Positions 55,054 to 64,000 of a stretch of DNA of 64,000 bases are shown here, one piece after another. The notes below the pieces were generated by a model. It had not been told where the DNA came from and ran no database searches. It saw only the letters and a list, made by a program, of their open reading frames with translations. Source of the DNA: Octopus bimaculoides (taxonomy: Eukaryota); the NCBI RefSeq assembly GCF_001194135.2, contig NC_068992.1, positions 60,263,267-60,327,266 of the forward strand. The letters run 5' to 3'. Position 1 is the stretch's first letter, and every line of letters begins with the position of its first letter. A program made the translations under genes and the position numbers.

Positions 55054-55324
55054 TTTTTCTTATTTTTCTTCTTCTTCTTCTTCTACTTCTTCTTCTTCTT
55101 CTTCTTATTATTATTATTATTATTATTATTATTGTTATTATTATTATTATTAATGGTTTCATATTTTGATACAACGCCTGCAAGTTCGGGGAGTAGGTAA
55201 GTCGATTACATCGGTCCCAAAATGATGAAAGGCAAAGTCGGCTTCGGTGGCATTTGAATTCAGAGAGTGAGGACGGACGAAAATGCTGCCAAGCATCCTT
55301 CTTGGGGTGCGAACTATTCTGCCA
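54381..55324. mobile_element. SINE family A copies (plus head 54381-54466; minus 55154-55324) around a compound microsatellite
   Basis: GCAGAATCGTTAGCAC head, and a reverse copy with GATGAAAGGCAAAGTCG. Confidence 0.7.
54880..55150. repeat. Compound microsatellite (GTT)n(CTT)n(GTT)n(CTT)n(ATT)n
   Basis: Read directly from the sequence. Confidence 0.97.
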
Positions 55325-55645
55325 TTATTTTGAAGTTGATGTTTTTCACGTCACCCACTTTTATTTTCTGCTTGTTTTTCTAGACAGAAATCACTGAGGT
55401 GGTTTTTGTTACATCCATTTGGTTTATCTATCTGTACCACTTACCTGACTGAATTACAGGGGAAACCATCGATGTGAAACACCACTGGAAGGGTAGAGTT
55501 CCATTAAAATTTGGATTTACATCCCAAGAACTGACATATCAGTACCCGTAAAGAAAAGGGATATTTTGCAAGTTTACAAATTCCCGTTTTCGGGAGACAA
55601 GTCCCCAAACCAGGACTTTCTTTTCAGGAGAAACAGAGTTACTTA

Positions 55646-55819
55646 CCGTATATACGACGCAATTTTTTTGTCTCAAAAAGTCACTCTGGATCCTATATGC
55701 CAAATTAAGCCTCCCATAAGCTGCTTTAATTCATTAAAAACAATTTTTCCTAAATATGCGCTGCCTACAACTGCGATGCGTCTGCTGTGCCGGTGCGTAT
55801 TTTATGTCTTTAAATATGG
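55646..55819. mobile_element. Probable pogo/Tc2-like MITE
   Basis: TA|CCGTATATACGACGC ... GCGTATTTTATGTCTTTAAATATGG|TA: degenerate CCGTAT-type TIRs flanked by TA. Confidence 0.5.
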
Positions 55820-56228
55820 TAGGTTTTCTTCTTCTTGTTCATAAAATCCGCAAAATACGCAGATTATCTGCGAACTCATCTCCGCTTTTAGACAATTTCC
55901 TGATTTATTTTCACGTAATAAAGCTTTTAATAAATATCTATTCTCTGGTGTAACACTTCTAGAACCTTTTTCATGGAGCTGTAAATCGAAAAAGGTTGGA
56001 AATTGCTGCTATAAATATATACTCCTTTGCTGTTATCAACAACATCAGCAACAACACACACACATACTCACATGCACGTATGCATACGCACACATATGCA
56101 CACACACGCACAGACACACGCACGCACACACACACATACGCACGCACATACACATACGCACGCACACACGCACATACCCAGTCACAGACATACACACATA
56201 TACGCACGCCCGCACGCACATATGTATT

Positions 56229-56281
<53 letters not shown>

Positions 56282-56325
56282 TTGTGTGTGTGTGTGTGTG
56301 TATACATGTATATATGTGTGTGTGT

Positions 56326-56371
<46 letters not shown>

Positions 56372-57012
56372 ACTTGTGTGTGTGTGTATACATTTATATA
56401 TATATGTGTGTGTGTACATGTGTGTGCATACATGTATATATATATATATGTGTGTGTACATGTGTGTGTGTTGAGGCAGTATTACGGTATTGATACTGAT
56501 AAGGTGAATGGTGATTGTGACATCCGGACATGAGTTTATAATATCGATATTATCAAAGTGAGTTAGATAACCGAATGATTATTGCTACTGATTTAACAAA
56601 TGATAAATTATATTTCATATACGTTAGGTCAGCGGGTGTTATGGAAGGATTATCACAATACCTTGACAACATCAAGCAGTAATTGAATGCTGAATCAATA
56701 CGTGTATCATATGTGTTGAAATAAATAATCAAAGCGAGATTGTAGACAATATATAGTTAAATAAATGGGTAATTTTATCAAACATTTCAACGACCATTCA
56801 ATGCTGAATTGCACAGAAAATAATGTCTCTCTTGTTTTTGTTATTGTAATCTGTGTCAGGAGAAGCAATCACTAAAATTCAGATAACTCTTCTTATTATA
56901 TTGATTTCGTTTATTCTTTTCATTATTTTCATCATTTTTGCTTTCAAATTTCTGCAAATTAAGTCAATTGAGTTTCCAGTGTGTCACTAGAAATTAACAC
57001 AGATGTAATATA

Positions 57013-57218
57013 AAGGCGATGAGCAGGTAGAATCGTTAGCACACTGGGCAAAATGCTTTGCGATATTACGTCCGGCTTTACTTTCTGATGTCAAATTCCG
57101 TCACGGTCGACATTTGCCTTTCATTATTTCGGGGTCGATAAAATAAACGCCAGTTGATTACCGTGGACAATGTAATCGACTAACTCCTTCCTCGAAATTG
57201 CTGTGCCGAATTTTGAAA
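57013..57218 (+). mobile_element. SINE family A
   Basis: AAGGCGATGAGCAGGTAGAATCGTTAGCAC..TTTCGGGGTCGATAAAAT. Confidence 0.85.
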
Positions 57219-57559
57219 GTAATATATATGTAATATAAGGTAGAGTATTGGTGTATTCATAAGGGCGTTGGATACTGTGTGATTTGTGGTGTTTTTTGCG
57301 AATCCTTGCAGCGTGAGTTCGTATCTTGCTGAAGATTATTTAGCCTTTCCTTCATTCGAAGATCGATAAAAAGGTGCTAATTCAGGACGGTGGGACGGCT
57401 GGAATGTTAAATCTTTAGGTCGCTTCTGATAGGACACTATGGTGGAGGTGCTTGTAGTATCTCGTCCGGCCCTTTACTATGGTGGAGTCTTGTAGCATCT
57501 CGTCCGGCCCTTTACCTCTTCAGGGTAACACCTATTCCGAAACTATTGTCGAGCAGTAT

Positions 57560-57890
57560 CGGCCCCTACAGCATTGGTGGCATGGAGACAGTAGCCCATA
57601 TCACATAATTATATTTAAAGACTAACCAGTGAAGAAGAATTCGAGATCTTTGCAACTTCCATGAACTTTCAAGAGATTTAAAATATTGGCAAGGGCAGGT
57701 ATTGTCCAAAGAGAAAAGCGGACAGCTTAGAAAAGCAGCGCTTCTGCATCGTTAATTCGGTTTTTAGTCAGCCAAACATAAAACAAAATCAATATCCCAT
57801 ACATCAAAGGAATCAAAGACAAGAAAGTGTCATTTAACAATTATTCATTCAATCATTTATTTTCTCCAACCGTTATTGCTAGGAAACTCT
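57560..57890 (+). mobile_element. Penelope-like element fragment (RT-to-endonuclease linker)
   Basis: INIPYIKGIKDKKVSF at 57788-57835 resembles the PLE pattern .PYI.G.S....V.F. Confidence 0.4.
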
Positions 57891-57894
57891 TAAA

Positions 57895-58230
57895 GATAGT
57901 GCTCTCAAGCACCTCCACCATAGTGTCCTATCAGAAGCGACCATTGTTACTCTTTCCGTCTATCATTGCTCTCTCCGTCTAGATTCCTAAGCGTAACCCA
58001 CTAAGTCTCTGGATTTTACCCAACTATATCTTTATTGGTCTATTTCTAGGTTCCTTGCCGTCGGGCTCGGCTTGAAGAATACGTCTTGCGATCCTTTTCT
58101 CCGACATTTTAGAGGAGCAGTGACCTCTTAATAAGGTGCAGTAGTGGCCCGACCTGAAGACACTCCCAGATCTCCGAACTACGAAGCCAGATTGTGTAAC
58201 GTTTCTCCAGGGATTTTTCGGAGGGAACCT
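57895..58230 (-). mobile_element. RTE/RTE-X-like LINE 3' coding end
   Basis: LRGHCSSKMSEKRIARRILQAEPDGKEPRNRP followed by VASDRTLWWRCL (GHV.RM..ERI.R.IL...P.GKR.RGRP and A.DR..WR patterns). Confidence 0.55.
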
Positions 58231-58384
58231 ATTTCGATCGCTTGAATTATCATTGAAAATCAGTGAAAATTTCTGGTTGAATTTGTATATGAATCATCCC
58301 TTATAACTGCAATGGAGAAATATACAAAAAGATGGGAAATGACATCGGAAAGAGATAAGAGGCAAAAAGAAGAAAAATTTGTCT

Positions 58385-58744
58385 AGAGCAGGCTTAGTTG
58401 CGTGGCATGAAGTTTGCTTCCCGACCACATGGTTCTGGATTCGATCCCATTGCGTGGCAACTCGGCTTCAGGTTGACCAAATCCTTATGAGTGGATTTGA
58501 TAGACGGTAACTGAAAGAAACCCGTAATATTCTTTTACATGTTACAGTCATTTGACTGCAGCCATGCTAGAGCACCGCCTTAAAAGATTTTAGTTGAAGA
58601 AATCGATCCCAGTATTTATTCTTTGTAAGCTGATACTTATTCCATCGGTCTCTTTACAGAACCGCAAAGTTACGGGGAAGCGAACATATCAACATTGGTT
58701 GGAAAGCGATGGTGGTAGTGGGAGTATAAATTTAGACCTAAAGT

Positions 58745-58783
<39 letters not shown>

Positions 58784-59365
58784 TCGCCATGATAGATCGC
58801 TAGCCACTATACATTCTTTTTTTTCTCTCCTTGTTTCTTTCTGTGTTCTTTTCTGTGGAAGAGCATAGGCTCGAAACGTTAAAGACTTTTTCATTTCCCG
58901 AGCGTTATACTAATACATCTGTTTGTTGTCTACACCACCNNNNNNNNNNNNNNNNNNNNNNNNNNNNNNNNNNNNNNNNNNNNNNNNNNNNNNNNNNNNN
59001 NNNNNNNNNNNNNNATACACTACGGTCTTCTTTCAGTTTGCAATTACTAACTCCACTCACAAAGCTTTGGTCGGCCCAACGTGTCACGCAGTGGGACTGA
59101 ACCTGGAACCATGCAGTTGAGAAGCAACCTTCTTACCACACTGTGTATATATCTCTGTGTGTGTGCTTTATGTGTTGCCGACCACCAATTGACAAGCGGT
59201 GCTGGTGTGTATCTTAGCCGCTCGACAAAACAGACTGATAGATTAAGTACCAGACTTAACAAAAACACTTAAGCATTGAGATCGAATCATTCGACAAAAA
59301 TTTCTTCCAGGTGGTGCCCCAGCATGGCCGTAGTGTAATGCCTGAAACAAGTAAAAGTTAAAGAT
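58385..59365. mobile_element. Nested family B SINEs (outer plus, inner minus) containing a third element
   Basis: Order: plus head 58385-58525, minus tail about 58530-58725, unrelated element 58790-58939, gap, minus head about 59015-59132, plus tail about 59150-59365. Confidence 0.75.
58849..58884 (+). ncRNA. Minimal hammerhead-like motif with variant core CUGUGGA
   Basis: UUUU CUGUGGA A GAGC AUAG GCUC GAAA CGUU / AAAG. Stem II is a perfect 4 bp, AACGUU is palindromic, stem I has 4 bp, and core position 6 is U instead of A. Confidence 0.5.
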
Positions 59366-59959
59366 AAGGGAATTATGAAGAGAAAGCAAAAGCCAAGACA
59401 TCATATTGTGATTTTCCGAAATTCCTCCCAAAGTATTGACGAGCTTCTAGTAATTTTATCGATTAATTTAAACGAAATGAAATTGTACGGCCTGTACCAA
59501 GTTCAATATAAAAACCAACGGGAAACATATTTGTCGCACACAAAATATTGGACGCTGTTTGAGAAGCTAAGTTTGTCCTTTCACCTTCCGTTGGAAACTA
59601 GATGTGAAAAATGAGAAAATGATTGAATTCTGTTTGGTGCTTCGACAGAAAATATATAAAGAAACAAATAAATTAAATAAAAAATAACAAAATAGCAAGG
59701 TAAAATATCAGGACGTAAGGTGAAAGAGAAGAAGAGGGAAAATAAATTCGATCCAATAAAGCAAACACCAGAAATTATTGCCGTCTTTGTCATGAGAAGG
59801 GCCCTAAAAGAATCAGAGACATAATTGGTCCGGGAGTTTGTATATGACTTTTGAGTGAATGTGTGTGCATGAGTGTGTGTGTGTGCGTGCGTGTGTGTGT
59901 ATGTACATGCGTGTGTGTGTGTATGTATGTGTTTGTGTGCGTGTAAGAAAATGAGAGAG

Positions 59960-59997
<38 letters not shown>

Positions 59998-60027
59998 AGA
60001 GAGGATGCAGATTTGCTTGTGTTTGCA

Positions 60028-60060
<33 letters not shown>

Positions 60061-60732
60061 NNNNNNNNNNNNNNNNNNNNNNNNNNNNNNNNNNNNNNNN
60101 NNNNNNNNNNNNNNNNNNNNNNNNNNNNNNNNNNNNNNNNNNNNNNNNNNNNNNNNNNNNNNNNNNNNNNNNNNNNNNNNNNNNNNNNNNNNNNNNNNNN
60201 NNNNNNNNNNNNNNNNNNNNNNNNNNNNNNNNNNNNNNNNNNNNNNNNNNNNNNNNNNNNNNNNNNNNNNNNNNNNNNNNNNNNNNNNNNNNNNNNNNNN
60301 NNNNNNNNNNNNNNNNNNNNNNNNNNNNNNNNNNNNNNNNNNNNNNNNNNNNNNNNNNNNNNNNNNNNNNNNNNNNNNNNNNNNNNNNNNNNNNNNNNNN
60401 NNNNNNNNNNNNNNNNNNNNNNNNNNNNNNNNNNNNNNNNNNNNNNNNNNNNNNNNNNNNNNNNNNNNNNNNNNNNNNNNNNNNNNNNNNNNNNNNNNNN
60501 NNNNNNNNNNNNNNNNNNNNNNNNNNNNNNNNNNNNNNNNNNNNNNNNNNNNNNNNNNNNNNNNNNNNNNNNNNNNNNNNNNNNNNNNNNNNNNNNNNNN
60601 NNNNNNNNNNNNNNNNNNNNNNNNNNNNNNNNNNNNNNNNNNNNNNNNNNNNNNNNNNNNNNNNNNNNNNNNNNNNNNNNNNNNNNNNNNNNNNNNNNNN
60701 NNNNNNNNNNNNNNNNNNNNNNNNNNNNNNNN

Positions 60733-60780
<48 letters not shown>

Positions 60781-61432
60781 GTAAATATCTGCGTGCATAT
60801 GTGTGTGTGTATGTATATCTGTATCTACTATATATATCAGTCATCCCTCAACAAAAGTTTAACGCATTTCTTCGTGTAACCATAACTATATTTATAGTTA
60901 CAGGTATCAAGCAGCTTTGTAAAGAACGTTATTAAAGATTCGTTAAAAATACATAAAATAAACGAAGCACCAAAATAACTACGTGAGACCATAAACATTG
61001 CGAAAGCACTTCGTCTGTGCCCAGCACGTGCGTAGTTTATTGAATGGAAATAACTAATGAAAGAATTATGACCACAGCCCACATATATAGACCTCTCGTA
61101 CATTATATACACGCGCACTTAAATTATTGATGGTTATTTACAATGCAGTTCCGCTGCTACGACACGAACTCCCGAATATCTGGTTGAAAAACTAACGGTT
61201 CATCTATTAGTTAATAGTTAATAGAGATAAGTTATCACGTCATTACAACCGGCCACACGTAGGCTTAAGGCAATGTTTATTATAAAGCGTTTGCACAGCT
61301 GGGGAGTTCTAGGTTTTAACTGATTGGGACAGCTGTGATGTTTGTCAGCATTCCAGTGCTGACAGCGGTATATCTTTATTACTAGTCTAATGGAGCGAGA
61401 TTTTTTTTTTTCATCCAGAGTCGTTAACCCAT

Positions 61433-61470
<38 letters not shown>

Positions 61471-63763
61471 NNNNNNNNNNNNNNNNNNNNNNNNNNNNNN
61501 NNNNNNNNNNNNNNNNNNNNNNNNNNNNNNNNNNNNNNNNNNNNNNNNNNNNNNNNNNNNNNNNNNNNNNNNNNNNNNNNNNNNNNNNNNNNNNNNNNNN
61601 NNNNNNNNNNNNNNNNNNNNNNNNNNNNNNNNNNNNNNNNNNNNNNNNNNNNNNNNNNNNNNNNNNNNNNNNNNNNNNNNNNNNNNNNNNNNNNNNNNNN
61701 NNNNNNNNNNNNNNNNNNNNNNNNNNNNNNNNNNNNNNNNNNNNNNNNNNNNNNNNNNNNNNNNNNNNNNNNNNNNNNNNNNNNNNNNNNNNNNNNNNNN
61801 NNNNNNNNNNNNNNNNNNNNNNNNNNNNNNNNNNNNNNNNNNNNNNNNNNNNNNNNNNNNNNNNNNNNNNNNNNNNNNNNNNNNNNNNNNNNNNNNNNNN
61901 NNNNNNNNNNNNNNNNNNNNNNNNNNNNNNNNNNNNNNNNNNNNNNNNNNNNNNNNNNNNNNNNNNNNNNNNNNNNNNNNNNNNNNNNNNNNNNNNNNNN
62001 NNNNNNNNNNNNNNNNNNNNNNNNNNNNNNNNNNNNNNNNNNNNNNNNNNNNNNNNNNNNNNNNNNNNNNNNNNNNNNNNNNNNNNTATATATATATATA
62101 TATATATTGATGTGCATACATATACACCCACATATATTTGTAGATGTATTTAAGTATACTTATGTACGTAGATCTGTTTATATATACATATATATGTATA
62201 TATATATATATATATATCTATATATATATGTATGTATATGTACATTATTCATACTTATGTGCGTAGTATTGATAGAACGTTGGTAAACGGTGTAGCAATA
62301 CTGCAGTGCCACGGAATCAACCCTTTTGCAATTTTATATCTAATTTCAGCTAGAATAATTCATTACATTTCCCCAGGGACTCTAACAATGAGCGCACTAC
62401 CAACGGGACATGGAACAAGTATTATATGAGAAAAGAGCTCGACATAATATCTATTCAGCCATGACAGCTCTTTAATAAAGATACTTATTAGCAGTTTACT
62501 AATGAGAACTCATATCCTGTTACATCATCATCATTAAAGGAACATCTACAGCAGCACCGATGGCGGGAGCAGCAGCAATGTCATCGGTGGTAATAATATT
62601 GGTTATAACAGCAGTTATATTAATGGAAGCAACACACTCATGCTACTACTGTGTAAGATTCATGCTGCTTGACGGATGGATTGAAGACTTTCGAGCAGAT
62701 GAAGAAACGTCGTTCTGTATGAGATAAAGTTGGTTTGCGATTGTCTTAATAGACTGAAAGACATAAATAGCGAGACATTATTTAGGTTGTACTATATTAG
62801 ACAATGTAGTCCTGGTTAAATTTTGTTGGAAAGATTTTGGTTTGTCAAGGCTGGAATGTCTTTCATCATTAATCTACTTGATTAGTGTTTATCGAGGAAG
62901 AAACATTGCAATAATTGAACTCTTGTGTATAGAATAAAATCAATAAATTTATATAGAATTATATAACTTCTAAAAATGTTAGGGCTAAAATCATAGCCTA
63001 AGACCTTTACTTAGATTATAGAGTAAAGGATGACGATGTGATAAAAGGATAACTTGCATAACTTTGAATGATCACAATTTATTTTACGTTCTGAAGATAT
63101 CTCAGAAACTTGATATCCACTACTTCCTGCAACAGCAACCTGTGAATTGAGGTCCTTTTCTCTCTTTCCATCACACAGGCCTTGTGCGATTCCATTTCTC
63201 CTTATTCTAAACCATCAAAAATAAGAGAAACATAAAAATAAAAGTATCAGAGAAAAGGTACACGTCGTTGAAGTATGGTGTATCGGGCTAAGCTCCAGAT
63301 AATTCAATTCTAATCAAATAATCAGCTTTTCACTATGACATTATATAATTGCACTCATTGCTTTAAAGCGATCAGGTAAATTGCGCCCAAGTTCAAAATA
63401 TTTTGACTTGATTCCGGCAACAAACTTTCCACTAAACCATCCTACATATAGATATACGTGCAGGGGTAGGTGAATCGTACAAAATACTAGAAACCTTTTA
63501 TTTTTACTTTTCCTCAGACAACTGGTTTGTACTAAACCTTCATACATATGATCATGCATACAGCTGTTTCGTGAATTGTACTTTTCACCAGAACATTTTC
63601 ATTTAATAATCAGGCAGTAAGCTTTCTCCTCCAGCATGACATACAGAGTCAGGGGTAATGTTTTACATCAAGCAGATGAATCGTACTAAACTTCAGAATA
63701 TTTTAAAGTTTATTAAGGCACCATGCTCACCACGAAAACATCACACATATGCTCAGCTGTATA

Positions 63764-63982
63764 CAAGGGGGGGAGCTGTAAAGTTCCTGGCTTTGGGTAA
63801 AAGAAAATATAGGAGGATCAGTTAATTATGATTTTATTGAACATATTTCCCTCTCAGATTCGCACATTTATTGCAGCAATCCTTCAGTTTTTCACAGACC
63901 TATAAAAGAATTCGGAGGGTTGGGCCTCCAGCCAGACCTTTCGCGATACACTCAAAACCAGGAACTTTTTAGCGCCCCCTCG
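63764..63982 (-). mobile_element. Mariner-derived MITE with TA target duplications
   Basis: TA|CAAGGGGGGGAGCTGTAAAGTTCCTGG at the left end and CCAGGAACTTTTTAGCGCCCCCTCG|TA at the right end form imperfect TIRs. The minus strand keeps a transposase C-terminus, EKLKDCCNKCANLRGKYVQ*. Confidence 0.85.
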
Positions 63983-64000
63983 TAGCAGTCAGGCAAATCA

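Noticed and set aside
61343-61364. Hairpin TGTCAGCA-TTCCAG-TGCTGACA as an iron-responsive element
   Set aside because: CAGTGC is not presented as the loop on a 5-bp upper stem with a C bulge, and an isolated 8-bp stem can occur by chance in 64 kb.

Overview
Repeat-dense animal genomic DNA from a draft assembly, with 17 N-gaps (about 7.4 kb) that almost all sit inside microsatellites. The SINE families and extreme microsatellite load suggest an octopod cephalopod (Octopus); this is inference, not verified. I found no host protein-coding gene with confidence, and nearly all long ORFs in the track are microsatellite or gap artefacts. The window is a record of transposon activity: many copies of at least three tRNA-derived SINE families, a decayed mariner (D,D34D) transposase, mariner and pogo-type MITEs, Helitron ends, and fragments of R4/Dong, RTE, CRE, CR1 and Penelope-like retroelements. 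Best leads: (1) two minimal type I hammerhead ribozyme motifs, one on the same strand as and downstream of a Penelope-like RT remnant, the other with an unusual A6-to-U core; (2) a 362-bp indel-free palindrome; (3) R4/Dong pieces sitting in (TAA)n arrays, one with scrambled segment order; (4) two short locally templated insertions; (5) a three-level nested SINE structure; (6) an RTE tail with three C2H2 fingers. Protein motif assignments come from my own manual translation and were not checked against any database.
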